The notes: generated by a model not told the origin, from the letters alone. Shown: positions 42,013 to 57,737, counted from the first letter of the stretch. The stretch: DNA of 64,000 nt from the human T2T-CHM13v2.0 reference genome, Homo sapiens (GCF_009914755.1 NC_060927.1); one strand, 5' to 3'. A program made the numbers and translations.

Positions 42013-43024
42013 GCGTAAAATAATATTTTGTAGCCATGTGTTTAAGCAGCTTTGGCCATGGCGACAGAGGTGCCCCATGTACACATGGCGCCTTAGGTGG
42101 AGGTGGTTGCCCAGGAAAATGCTGTAATCTGTCTACCATTTCTAGCCAATTTCTCCAGCTAGAAATAATTTATGGGCTATTATTGTTCATGAGGTCTAAG
42201 TGGGAAAGTATAGATGCCTTATCTTCTTTTTTTTTTTTTCAGCCTCTTATTGAAAAAAAAATTCAGGGATTGATGGGAATTATTTGCCTCTGCCCTTTTG
42301 GCCCCAGATCATCCTTCCTGAGTCTTGGCTGCTCCTTATTACCTGCAGTCACATTTCCTGTTGTAATGTGAGGGCAATGCTTCGTTTGCACAATGAATGC
42401 CGGAAATGGATTTTAAAGCATTATAAAGCAAAGCCAGAAATTCCTCCTGCAGGGGAGATGGTCGGTTGACAAGTCTGTGAATTATATAATAGAATCTCCT
42501 CTTACTCTCCTTGTAAAATATACCAAAATATCAAAAAACAATGGGCTTTTCTTCCCAGTTTGTTTGGGATCATACTGGCATCCTCCTGTATTTTGGGGCT
42601 GTGGGATTAGAATCATGTATAACGGCTTTGTTTTCCCCCGGCTAGGTTTGTGATGAAGTTGTTCTGATGGAAACAGTCAGTTAATTCTAAAGGATCTGCA
42701 CACGCTTGCTGAGCAGAGTACTTCTACCTTAAATGGTCTTCCATGCTGTGGGAGAGAGCTCCTGATGCGTCAGTCACAGTGATAATGTCATGGGATTGGA
42801 ACATCAATTTTGCCTGTTCCCACCGCCTCATGGCCTGGAGAAGTCTATTTCAGTCTTACTAGTCTGTTAGAAGCAACAGTAATTAAAATGGATCTGCAGG
42901 CTTCTGGGGTCTTTGGATAGGTAGCCAGAGGTCTATCAATTGCAAGAGATTCAAAGATGATTGCAAATGCAGTGTGAGGGACACTCCCTGAGGCCCTCCT
43001 AGAGTGCAAGTGATGCTTGGCTTT

Positions 43025-43130
43025 TTGTACTGGATGGTGCTTACACATGGGTGTACGTTTATGAAAATTCAGGTTCTCTACTTATGATTTCTGTACTTTT
43101 CTTGCAAATATGTTATATTTTAGTGAAAAA
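43025..43130 (+). mobile_element. L1ME-type 3' terminal fragment
   Basis: ggatggtgcttacacatgggtgtac...atgaaaattcag...cttatgatttctgtactttt. Confidence 0.5.
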
Positions 43131-43717
43131 GACTTTCTTAGGAAAACAAACCAACCATAGTTTCTACCTGCAAGAAGATCTCCTGGTGGAGATACTCAAA
43201 TAGAAGATCACACAGTCAACTTAGTGCCAAGATTAAGCAAAGCGTATTATGGGAGCACAAATAAAAGAGATCACACTCATCTTTGGGGGAGGATAGAGGA
43301 AAACCAGAGAGAAGGTTTAAATGGGATTTATCTATCATCTTTTCCTGGCTTCCTCCATATAGAATAAGGATTTATATGAGGAAACCAGAGTAAATGGGTT
43401 CAATCCTGATTCTGTGGTAGCATGCTTGGAAGTTAAAATATGCTTGGAAGATAAAATATTGCCTTAAAAAGCAGAAAATTTATTAAATATCATCACCCTC
43501 AGGGAGTTTGTTGATGATTGTCTCTCCAGACCTGTCTCACTGTTGGCATGGATAACTAGATTGATGAATGACTAAGAGCTGAAACACAAGACTGTGTATT
43601 TCTCATCAATGTGTTTTGTTATTGTGAAATATTTAATATTATTAAGAGCTGGCAGTGACCCTGTGTTGGAGGAGGGTAGGGTGTGTTTGTGTAAGAGCAG
43701 TGAGAAAGTAATGGCTA

Positions 43718-44128
<411 letters not shown>

Positions 44129-44329
44129 TTATAATGAATGAACAAAATCATAATAGGCAATAATTAATATAGGAAACATTGCAAGGTGGTATAAAATGAA
44201 TTTCTTTACTGTTAAGTACATTGAGCTCATAGAAGGAACTGATGAATAGGGAATGGAACTGCTGGGCGATTGGAGTTGTTAGAGTAGATAGTACCCAAAT
44301 TGGTCTTTGGACAAATAGGTTGGAACCAG

Positions 44330-44490
44330 ACCTGAATGTGCATAAGAATATCTTGGTAACAAGTTAAAAATGTAGATTCCTGGGTCCAACCCCCAGATTC
44401 TGTGGGTCTGAGGTGAGGCCTTGGGTTATGGATCTTCACAAAGAGGTTTAGGTGTAGGTGGTTCAGACAATACCATGAGAAGTAATGACT
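44330..44490. mobile_element. MER5-family MITE
   Basis: gttaaaaatgtagattcctgggtcc...cagattctgtgggtctgaggtgaggcc. Confidence 0.6.
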
Positions 44491-45336
44491 AGGAGTCTTG
44501 GCAGGGAGAGAGGGCAGGATTGGTGGAAGGCAAATGCTTGGAAGCAAAAAAGGATAGCATTCAGTGAAGAGGCAGACTCATTCCTGAGACAGAAAAAGAA
44601 AATTTATCTAGAAACAATAAATATGCCAGGCAGCTCCTAGCGTTGGACGGACTGATGGCAAAATGGGTCATGGCAATGGAGCCCGTTATCCGTGGAATGC
44701 TACAATCTGTAGCTAATGTTTTTATTTGCAGGTTCCTTCAGAACGAAGTCAATATTTAAATGAAAATATAATTCTTGAATAATTTGCACTTTAACATGTG
44801 GAGGCTGGAACATACCTTAAAGGTTATTTTCCTATTCAACCCTGTCATTTAAGAGAAAGGAATGGGAGGTAGTAATTCATGAGGGATCAGCGGAGATTTG
44901 GCTGAAGTTCAGAGATTTCCTGAAGGGTCATAAACACTTATTTGTTTATTCATCAAAACTTATTAAGCACCTCCTCTAAACACCCAGTCCTGGGCTAGAC
45001 CCCGGGATCCTGCTGAAAAGAAGAAAATCAATACAGCCTTGCCTTTGGGAGTTGACAGTCTAATGAAGGTGTCAGTTGTAGAACAAGTATGGGAATTTTT
45101 CCTACAATGAATTGTGTTCCCCACGCTGCCAGTTATATGTGGTAGGGTTGCATTCCACAGACCCCCCTACTGAATACACTTTTATTGAAATGAGGGCCCT
45201 GGGCACATGATGACACACGATGGCACAGGACGAGCCACACGGCTCTCTGTGCAGCTGCAGTGTTTGAATGGCTTTCTAGTTGGCCCTGAGTTCTTTCATT
45301 GTATGCAATCTGCTGTGATTTATTTGGATCGTGTAC

Positions 45337-45500
45337 AGCAGTGCTTTTTAAACTTTAATTTGCAAGGCCATCACCCAGGGCTCTTGTTAAAAATACAGAT
45401 TCTGTAGGTCTAGAATAAAAACTGAGGTGCCCTGTATTTTCACCAAACTTGCAGGGATGCTGACGTTGCTAGCAGGCGAACCATGCTGACTAGTGCTAGA
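45337..45500. mobile_element. MER5-family MITE
   Basis: cagtgctttttaaacttta...cttgttaaaaatacagattctgtaggtct. Confidence 0.65.
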
Positions 45501-47109
45501 TGTCTGGAGAGAGCAGAAGTCTTTTGGGTCACTGAAGATCTCCTAAATTGAGATCAGGTTGGTTTTTGTTAGTGTTGATCAACTGATTTGTATTTTTTCA
45601 GCTTATAGCCACAAGGCCTACTATATATAGTAGCTTATAATAACGAGGTGCATTATAACTACAATAATACCTTTGCTGTTGAAATTTGTCCAGAAAAACA
45701 ACTTTATGATGGAAAGTCGTGACCTCTGTAACCTCTAATTCTTTTGTACGTCACTGAAAAAAGGATAACATTTTGGATAAAACAAAATTTCTTGACTTCG
45801 CCAACTGTCACAAAATAGCAGAACAGACTGTAATTACAAGTGTGACAAACGTGATAAAGGAAATGAGGCTAGGGCTGTCTAGATTGGGGTCCTCTAACTG
45901 TAGTTATTTGGATAGAGGCCATATTGGTTTCTTGTTCTGCTCTCCCCCACCTCAATCTTACATTACTGCATAAGTTGGCATAGGCTGGCACAGAAAATCT
46001 TGAAGGATAGTTGCATTTTTACCTGAAGCTCATCCAGCAACCAGTGCCAGTGAAACTGTGCATTCTATACTCATCTTGAAATATTAGCCCTTCCAGCTCA
46101 TAGTTTGTTTATAGCAAGCAAAAAGAGAAAAAGGATTACTTTCAGATTGCTATAACGCTTGACACCATTGGGCTTTTTAAAGGTTGTAAGTGAATAAATT
46201 GAGCTCTTGTGTAGGCATGTTTCTTTTTAAAAATGGTTTGATATGAGGTTAAAAACTAAATTATGTAAGATTCTATAGAAAACATTTTTTTTCTGCCACT
46301 TTTTTTATTTTTTGGTTTCTAGAGTGATCTTTTTCCTCTCTTTTCTTTTGAGTGACAGTATCAGAGAATGCAAAAATCATAGGAGGGAGCGGTTCGGTTT
46401 GACCTGATGGATTAATTGTGTATAGGCCTCTGCATTCAAATGAGGAGTTGTGTGTCTGACAACAAAGTTGCTATTCCAAGTTGCTTTGCCAGTGAGAATT
46501 TTTATTGTGTGTGTGTGTGTGTGCATATACATATATATAGTGTGTGTGCCAGTGAGAATTGTGGAGCTCATAATGTCCCACAGCCAGAAGGGGCTTTAGT
46601 GCTTAGCCTGACCAGCTGGTCCTGTGTTCTGTGATGAGCTTCTTCAGTATTTGAGTTATCATTGTTCATAGAGCCACGTGCTAAGTGCTCCTCCAACCAA
46701 CGTTTGTGTATGAGATTTAAACGTGGTTGGCGCGCTCATGATTGCCATACTGAGTTTCCAAGGAACAATGAAGGAGGGCTAGATGACTGCACCTCTGAAA
46801 GTTGTTCTTATTGTTGATTTTTAATTTATTTTGGTTTTATCTTGTGTGAACACACAACCCTTACACTGGTCCATGTAGACACATAGCAAACGAAGTAAAC
46901 AGTGAGCTTCACGTTGTCATTGAGAGAGGGGGCCCCACAGGGTCAAGGCATCTTTTGTTTTTTTATCTTGTCGTTCTGAGGCTTCCAAAATACTGAGTAG
47001 AACAAAAATTCCATTGACCCATGTGATATTGCTGATTTTGCTTCCAGGCGAGGCTGTTGTGACCTGAACATTCTGATACAAAGAAGCACCATTTGGGTAT
47101 TGACTTAAC

Positions 47110-47290
47110 GTAGCAGGCTCAGGGTCACCTTACCTGGGTCTCAGTTCCGGCCCCATAGCTCATCAGCTGTGTGACATTGAGAAGATTACTTAACCTCTTC
47201 CAGCTGCAATTTCTTCTTCTAAAAGATGTGTCGTTGTGATGATGAAACGATATTGTCCAGTACATGCATAGTACCTAGAACGTTGTTACT
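47110..47290 (+). mobile_element. MIR fragment
   Basis: cagctgtgtgacattgagaagattacttaacctct. Confidence 0.65.
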
Positions 47291-47951
47291 GCTACATTGT
47301 AGCAATACGATTGAGCATTTGCTGATCCCTGTAAATATTAGTTATGTAATTTTGATGATAATTTCTTATTAATATCAATAAATATTTCTAAATACTTGTT
47401 ACTAAATGGCTGAATATGTATATATGTATAACATATATTATACAGCTTAAACATTGAAAATAATAGATTAGAGGAAGTATGATATAGATTCTGTAACCTG
47501 ATCAAGAGCTATCTTCATGGAAATTAATTTTCTACCTGCAGGTTAAATAACTCTGAAATTGGTTTCTGGCTTTGCTTAGAGAAAGGAAATATTGGTTAAT
47601 CAATCACAAGTTGAGTGTATCCATCTTTGGTGGTTTCCCTTTAAACAAAAAGCCTATTACGGATCTTGCTTCCTTTCCGTAGGAAAGTTCATTTTAGAAA
47701 GTGTATTGAGTCAGGGTTTTTGTTTATTTTAATGATAGAGAATTGAAAATTGGCATTATCAGATGGCATGATGGGTTCTTTCTGGTGCTGTTTGAATCAG
47801 GGTTAGACAGAGACTTTGTGGGACTGTTCTCCTTCATTGCATTTTCTTTATAGTTCCATCCCCCAAAGATTCCAGGCATATTATATCTGTATTGCACAAT
47901 TAGATCTAACTGTATTTTGAATGTTAAATTCAGCCTTAAAAAAAACCTTTT

Positions 47952-48252
<301 letters not shown>

Positions 48253-50626
48253 TTATTATTATTTTTTAAAGCATATATGGTTCACGTGCCCTTGATGGAG
48301 GATATTAACATTAAGTATTCAGGAGTGAGGAGGAAGGTTAAGTTTTAGGTTCGATAAGGATTGTCTGGCTTTTGGTTCAAACAAGTGGTTTTTAACTCAT
48401 CCAGCCATTCCTTATGACCCACATTACCCTCTCAAAGTGGGGGCAGGACAGGAGAACCCCACAGATCCCCCACCTTTTGTTTTGTAAGAACTGCCAAGCC
48501 AATTGTTCAAATTAGCCTAGTCATCTAATCTCCTAATGTCCCTGGCAGGAGAACAAGTGATACGGGGAGGTGACAGATGAACAGCAGAGAGCTTGCTGTG
48601 CCTGTGTCCTGCAGCTCACTGGTAAAGCGTGTCAAGGATGTGGCCTTTGCCTTGCCATCCCAGGTGTTGTTCATAGTCCTCCACTACTGTCCTTACCCCC
48701 GACCTCTTGCAGGGCCAGAATTTCTGTTGCTGAGCCCATTACAACAGACCCTCAGTGAGCAAGCCGCAGGGGCTGTACTGAGCATGCCTAGTCCTTCTCC
48801 CAAACCTGCCAGTCACTGAATGGGGCCGCCTCTTGGGGAAGAGGGATACAGTGGGCACATAGGGTGAGTGGCGCCCTTGAGCAGATTCCGACAGTAAGAG
48901 TAACGTCAGGCAGGAGGAGTGAACGTTTCCATCTCGGAGCAGCCAATATTTCTTCTGTAAATACCAATCACGTTAGGTGCCAGAGCAGTTAACTAACCTC
49001 TCTACCTCTGAACTCCATAACTCATAAGACTTAATTGTGTTGACCTGGGATATAAACCTGTCCCGACTCCTCCACATACCAAACTCAAACGTTTCAGAAG
49101 CTTAAAATACCGCTTGTTTCACATACTGATAAAAAATTCCAAGTAATTCCCCCAAGGATCATTTAGAAGGTTCCCAAATCCACCCCGACAGCCCAGCCAC
49201 CTTGGAGAGTGTTTTTGCCGAGGCAGCATCAGCAGGGTAGAGGAGGACCAGGCAAGGTCAGCACCTTCTGTGCTACAGAGAGGCCCATGTGAGTCTTGTC
49301 CTCTTCAGAAGGCGGTCTGCATGATGAAACACATCTGCAGTGATGCTGTGGTGCTATGCTAGTCTCTGTCCTGACTTCACTCCCTGGTGTAGGGTTAAAA
49401 ACTCCCAGGAAAGGCTTCTTTGTTCTTCCCAGACCAGTATGGTGTATGGTGGTTGCTTTTACATCAGTTTTAGGTGGGTTGCCATATTCTCCACGAGCCT
49501 CTTTTAGGAATATTTGGGATGGTAGTGGTAATCTATATTGGGAGCCATCTCAACTCAGTATTAAATGAGTCTGGGACAACAAGCAACACCCACCCCATTA
49601 CAAGTTTTATATGAAGCAAACATCTATTTTTGCTTTGTGCAGACTCCACTGTATAAAGTGCTAAAAATAACCAAATGCTCAGAAACCATTTGTGATGCAA
49701 AAATGACTGTAGGGGGAACCGTGTTGTTTTCTGCCCTGGTTATAACTAAATAGTGTACGGCAGGAATTGTGCCCAAGAACTAGTTTTGCAAGGTCATTCT
49801 GAGGCTTTTCTGGTGTTGGAGGGACCTACAGTTGTCCCTGTGGACTCAAAATGTCATCTTGCCCACACAAACTGTTAAAATAATTTAGACAGGCTTTTTT
49901 CTTTTTTATTGCTTAAAAGAAATAGTCTGTTTGGGTCTTGAAGATTTTGTGAGTTTTATTTTTTTTTAGGATTTTTTTTTTTTAAAAAGGAAAATGGAAA
50001 TAAACAGATCACAGGTTAGGGTAACCAGAAGACAGGGTTGTTACGCCTTTAAAAATTTTAGCACATTTCCTAATGCTGCTGTCATTTCTTAAGTCATGCT
50101 ATGTGTGAGACTTGAATACTCGGTGCTCCCGTACTGGCCTCAGTGTTGTTACCAAGAAGTGCATTTGCCAGTCTTATCAAACTGGCATCAGAAATCAAGC
50201 TCTGAGCTCAGAGATTAGATACCGCTTATTTTTATCAAGTAGGCAATTTTCCTCTCCCCTTAGCATATGTGCTTTGGGTTCTAGGCTTGTTCGAACATGC
50301 CAAAGAAACCGCTGGTTAATTTAATGCCTAGAGGCCATGTTCCTACTGTGTCTGTAGGAAAATGTCCTCCCCCACCCCCGCCACCCCAGCCTGAGTATGT
50401 TGAGGAGCCAGTTGACAAAATTGTTAGCATGCTGTGAAGGGACGGATGGTCACCTCCTCTTCTCCCCACGCGTCCATGTGTATGCACTCAGCCTGTTCTC
50501 CGGTGTGGGTGTGAAGATGGACATAGTCTTGTGTGCTTCTCTATTCTGCTGAGATTTGTGTTATCAGCTCCACACTTCAAGGACAAAAAAAGATCCAAGA
50601 TGATGAGTGGTTGACCATGTTGCATG

Positions 50627-50815
50627 AAAAGGAAGTGGATAGAGAGGATTCATTCTGGAACAGACTAGCAATTGACTGGACAACGTATTCTTTCTAAGCC
50701 TCTTAACCCTTTGTATACATCTCTTTATGGCTGTGAAAGTGTCTTACCATCTGTTAGATTTTTTTCTGGGAGATGATTAGCTTTCAGAAACCTAAATGAC
50801 TCAAGGGAAGTGAAA
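50627..50815. promoter_or_regulatory. Candidate immune/myeloid enhancer motif cluster (PU.1, AP-1, ETS-IRF composite)
   Basis: AAAAGGAAGTG 50627-50637; TGACTCA 50797-50803; GGAAGTGAAA 50806-50815; motif evidence only. Confidence 0.35.
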
Positions 50816-53268
50816 GCAATACTAGACTTTCTAGAAAAATGTATGGAATGTGTTCTCCTTCTTCCAGCTCTGTGCGTGCTTCAGGGAAGCTGCTGCCTCT
50901 GCTTTAGTATGTCTGTGCTCTTTGGGCTGGTGGCACGTTGTCTGAGACCTGAAGAAGACAGTGGTGAAATCTAAATCAGAACCCTAGGCAGATTTTCCTT
51001 CTTTCTTTCTTTTCACCCACCAGCCTTTACTTTAGCAATCTTCCTCTCCAATATTTATTTAAAATTTTCTCAGCATGTACAAACTCTTGGCATATAGGAG
51101 AAGAAGAAGATTTCTAAAAAATCAAGCCATTTCTCCTATAAGGGAGATCTGCTACAACAGGAAATTGGATTTGGACCTTCTTTGGAAGCAAAAAAATACA
51201 GCTAAATAAACGTTTAAATGGAAGTGGTCTCATAAATATTTTCAGTTTCAAAAATGGAAATTCATTGTGTCACTTTATGATAATATCCATGTTATATCTG
51301 AACTTCATGCTCTAAAACTCTACAAATGTAGACTTGGGAAAAAAAAGTTAGCGTTTTTTCACTAACTTTTTTTTTTCTCACTAATCATAGCATGGACACC
51401 CGTTCCAGTTTGTGTTATGTGTTTCACAGGGAATGTTTAGCAGCTTCGTGGGTTTGAAACTTCCTGAAGGTTGTTGCAGGGGCTGGGATGAGTGCGTTAC
51501 AGGCCTCTCCTTGGCAAAATGTTTTTCCGTTTGTAGTTTCTCAGCATTTTCTCTTCCCCTGTGCAATCCAGGCTAGTGGAATTGAGATACTCACATTTCT
51601 ATCATCCAGCTGGCTAGTTTTAGGAAAGATACAGCTTGAGCCTGTTCCTCCTTGGCTTTTAGCTTTCACTTGCCTTATTTGGTAAAGCTGCGGGGTTCGT
51701 TATTCCTGGAAAGGGCTGTTTCACCAGTTTCAAGGACTATTTCCCACTTCCATCTAGTTCTGCGCTGGGAACTTGAGCTTGGTTGCAGCTCTGGGGTATC
51801 TGATTTGAACTGGGGCAGTTGCAGGATGGGGGTACCCTGAAGAATTCTCACCACCCATGGCTGGTGGTGATGTACCCCTCACTAATGAGATGTTTACACA
51901 TCAGATACATAGTTCAATGTAAACTTCCCTTTGAAACTAGGTACTCACAAAAGATGCTGGCTTTTTTGCTTCGTCCAAGGGCCTGGAATGGGCATGGCTT
52001 TCTCGCTTTTCCCAGGGTCTTGGTATTTAGATTGCCTTTTCCCCAATTATCCTTTTCATTTCTGCATTCTTTCTATCTCTTTGGGGGCTTTTTCCTATCC
52101 CTTATAAGAAACACATAATTTTGCTCACGTTAAATTTGCACATCCTAAGTTTTAATGAAGCTCACAGTTTATTATTATCTTCAGTACCTCCTCTGATGTT
52201 GTTTATAGGGAAACTTATTCTTCTCATGTTCATTATGTATGAAGTCATGTTCTCAGCACCCACCTCACCCCCTTCTTGTCCCCCAAACCAACTGGAATCC
52301 AGAATCCTGACAACTTATCCTTCTCTGGTTCCTAAGTAGCATTGTTGTAAAAATAATTAGCCTAAGTTTTAAAGAGATGAGAAGATGTGGCTTATTCCTT
52401 GGAGCTTATATTCGTTTTGTGTCTTAGCCTAAAAACGAAGTTTACAGGCCCCCCAGTCCTCAGAAAGATAGTTATATTCTTTCTGATGAAAGGTGGGAAC
52501 GGGGAAGCGGGGAGGAGAGGAGAGGAGAGGAAGTGAAGTTGATGTAAGTGAATCCTTCTCTCTTTGCCCAGAGAGTTAGTGGGTTTTTTTTTTTTGTGAA
52601 AGGAAGTTGAATTTATTAAGAGTTTGGAGGGAGGGGGCCGAAGGAAACGTTTTTCCCTCCCAGAATGCGGAGGCTGCCACTCAGTGGGAGAATTAGTGAA
52701 GCTCCGGAACTCACTTTCATTTTCAAGAACCTGTTGGTGGAGGCTTTTTTTGTCTTTGGCTTTGCTTCTCCCTTCCAGCCCTGCCTGTCACAGAAAGACC
52801 CCCGTTCATCTCCCTTGCCCTGCAGTTCATTTCTGGAGTGTAGGTGTGAAGTTAAGGGACTGTCCCCATCATAGGAGATGAAGCAAATGAAGAGACAAAA
52901 TGAAGCAAATGAAGAGGCAAATACAAGACATCTAGAAATCGACTGGGTGGAGGGAGTAAAGGAGAAAAACAGAAGGGTAGCTTTTGAATGTGAAACACCA
53001 GAATGAAAACTGACTTGCCCACTGTCAGAGTGTATTACTGGTCTACCCACGTCCGTGAGAGCTGGTGAGACCCACCCTCCGAGGGTCCTAACTGTGTGCG
53101 GCTGTTCCCTGCCCGGGCAGTTGTGTTGTCATCTTGATACTCAGTTCAGTCCTATACTCTTCTGGGTATTTGTTTCCTTTTAGAAAATAGCTAGCAAATT
53201 TGTGAAAATTCAAAGCAATATGCTAGGTATGTTATGAACCTATTTGCCTAATGCTGGGCCAAGCATAG

Positions 53269-54256
<988 letters not shown>

Positions 54257-54274
54257 TAACATGCACTTTTAATA

Positions 54275-54480
54275 CTTTTGTTGCACCTGTTCTGTTCTGA
54301 AAGCTTTACCCGTTTCTACCATACAGCAACACCATGAGGCTGGTGCTAGTCATATCCTTGGTTTACTATTGAGGAAAACTGAGGCTTAGAGGATTAACAT
54401 GCCCACAGCAACATGGTTAGCTAGAAGTGTTAACCCTGGTAGTCTGACTCTAGAAACGGCCTAACTGCTTTGCTATGCTG
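54275..54480 (-). mobile_element. MIR
   Basis: gaggaaaactgaggcttagag...agtctgactctaga. Confidence 0.7.
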
Positions 54481-54530
54481 CTTCTTACTGCTATTTAAGT
54501 CACTGTCTGGCGGCAAGTAGCCTTGAGTGC

Positions 54531-54748
54531 TTTTTTTTTTTTTTTTTTTGAGACAAGGTCTTGCTCTGTCACCCAGGCTGGAGTGTAGTGGCACGATCAT
54601 GGCTCCCTGCAGCTTTGACCTCCCTGGCTCAAGCCATCCTCCCACCTCAGCTTCCTGAGTAGCTGGGACTGCAGGCACTGTCCCCATGCCCAGCTAATTT
54701 TTTAATTTTCTGGAGAGATGAGGTCTCCCTGTGTTGCCCAGGCTGGAT
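54531..54748 (-). mobile_element. AluJ, 5'-truncated
   Basis: T tail, right monomer and linker; stops at ccaggctgg. Confidence 0.9.
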
Positions 54749-54984
54749 TTTTTTTTTTTTTTTAATACAACTAGTCTCTGGAGCTCGTGGTACAAGGACT
54801 ACCTAGATTAAATGCATATTGGTTTGTTTGGTGATCACTGTTTCTTGCATGAGGCCAGATCTTTGCCCTGCTTTGTTGCTATGCTCTCTTTTAAACTTCC
54901 CTTCACTTGTTACCTTATTGTGGTTTTCTCTGACTCTTGTTCACACACCTCTTAGGTAGGTCTCCGACCTGCGGGTTCTCTAAG

Positions 54985-55635
<651 letters not shown>

Positions 55636-57009
55636 TGACTGTACTCTCTTACCCTTTCAGTCTATTTAGTGGATTGTGTCTCACACTGGCTGGAATTTGT
55701 GGCTTCCAACAACCTACTGGAGGTAATTGCCCACAGGATAAAGTGAGAAAAAGGAGCAAAATGGGAAGATACTGAAAGAGAAACTGTCTCAATTTGGGAA
55801 GGACTTGTTAAAAAGACAAGCATTGCTAATTAGTAGCTTAGTATCTAATCTTTGTCACTGAAGGCTGCAAATCATGCTTCCTGGAGTCTTCTTAAAGACA
55901 GCTTCTGCAGAGGTTTTAACACCTCTCATCTGACTTTTGTTAAATAGCCTGCTGGAATCCAAAATAGAAGCTGTGTAGGGAGATTCTCCCTAAGCATATT
56001 TTACTGCCAAGCCTGCTCTGTTAAGACTGTATTGATTTTCCCCCCTCTTGGTATGAAATTAGTCATATAAAATCACAAAGTCCTCAAAGACATTTGGTTC
56101 AATCTGACACTTGATGCTTAGCTGTCCTCTTAAGCACCCCCACTGAGGGATCCCTAGACCTTGCTGCATATCAGAATCATTAAGAGGTTTAAGAAATGAT
56201 TTTCTATTATATAAGAAGTAGATGCATACAGTCTTCTCATATTCTTGCTGCAAAGGCTTGTTCCTTGTTCTCTTCCTGACCCTAGAGCTAGCTATTACCA
56301 GAATGCTCTGTAACTTTGCAGACTTTTTTCTTTGAGTGTACTTACGTATGTGCATACCTGTTTCTTTTTTTTTTTTAAAGCCTGTTAGTGGGGTGTATTT
56401 TAATATTACACTGGGTTTTTAAACCTGTATTCAAAGCAGCTGTGAAGTCATTTTCTCACTTGGCTTTGCAGACACAGTTCTCTGCTGGTTCTCCAGAACT
56501 TCCTCTGCTGTTCCTTCTGGATCTCCCTGACTCTCTCTTCCGCTTTCTCACCTCTAAATGCTGGGCTGGTCCCGGGCTTCGGCCTTGGCTCTCATCTCTA
56601 TCTGTGTTCACTCTCTAGATGATCTCATCCACTCCTTGAGGTTAAATGTGCTGATGACTAACAGATTTGTTTCTCCAGTGCCCATCTGTCTCCCAAGAGC
56701 TAAATGTGCATCTCCAACTTTCTAAGTGACACTTCCACTTGAATGGACTTCACAGGCATACTAGACATAATTTGTCTCCAACTGGCAGTGTCTCCCTGCC
56801 TCAAACCTGTTCCATCCCTGGTCTTCCCCATCGTGATGTATAGTGACTGTTTTGGCTTGTAGTGTCTTGATTTCTCTCCCTCCCTCACACGTCACATCTT
56901 AGCCATCTGAGTCCAGTTTTCTAGGCCTTCAGTTATAGTCCCAATTTGCCTACTTCTCACCACCTAGTCTACAGCCCTCATTCTGCTCTAAACCGTCATT
57001 GTGCTACCC

Positions 57010-57402
57010 AGACCATTGTTTCCCAGACTTCTTTGACTGCACTTCATAGCAAGAAATTTATTTCAGCTGGGCATGGTGGCGTGCACCTGTGCTCCCAGCT
57101 ACTTGGGAGGGTGAGGCAGAGGGTTGCTTGAGCTCAGGAGTTTGAGATCAGCCTGGGCAACATAGTGAAATGCTGTCTCATTGTGTCTCAAAAAAAATAC
57201 ACACATATATGTGTATATAAAACTGCAACCTAGGAGACATATTCATATATATAAGCAAAAGGTTCACAAAGCAGTACTTACCTTTACTGTTTGCAGTATA
57301 GTCTGATATTTCATTCTCTTATTTCGTGAAAAAACAAATGGTGGTTGAGGCCCATTTCATGACCCAGTTTCAGTCGTGATCTGCAGCTTGAAAAACACTG
57401 GT
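57010..57402. mobile_element. hAT-Charlie-like MITE containing an Alu monomer
   Basis: termini cattgtttcccagac ... gcagcttgaaaaacactg. Confidence 0.45.
57065..57197 (+). mobile_element. FLAM Alu monomer
   Basis: agctgggcatggtggcgtgcacctg...gcctgggcaacatagtga. Confidence 0.85.
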
Positions 57403-57409
57403 TTGGATC

Positions 57410-57570
57410 CTTGCTATTTAAGGTGATCTGTGGAGCCAGCAACATTGACATTAACTGGGAGCTTTTTAGAAATGCAAATCTCAACCCCTCTCCTGGCCCC
57501 CTGAATCATAACATGCATTGGAGGAGATGCCCAGGTAGTTTGCAGGCAATTGCAGTGTGAGTGTCACTAG
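57410..57570. mobile_element. MER5A-like MITE
   Basis: ccagcaacattgacattaactgggagctttttagaaatgcaaatctc. Confidence 0.65.
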
Positions 57571-57737
57571 TCTGGAATGACTGCTGTGGCCTTCTAGTAG
57601 TGGATCTCCTTGTTTCCAGTCCTGATGGCTCACAGTCTTTCTACCATGGCTGGAGCTGGAGTGGTCCTTATAAAGCCATTTGGGTCATCCTGTGCCTGCT
57701 TTAACCAGCCTCCCACCTCATGTGGAACAGAATCAAG

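Noticed and set aside
42084-42101. CTCF-like ccacctaaggcgcc (- strand)
   Set aside because: One base short of the core spacing, with no other support.
52616-53050. Overlapping 69-144 aa ORFs in repeat-free DNA
   Set aside because: Alternative start codons, no recognisable family and no flanking splice pair; expected by chance in GC-richer sequence.
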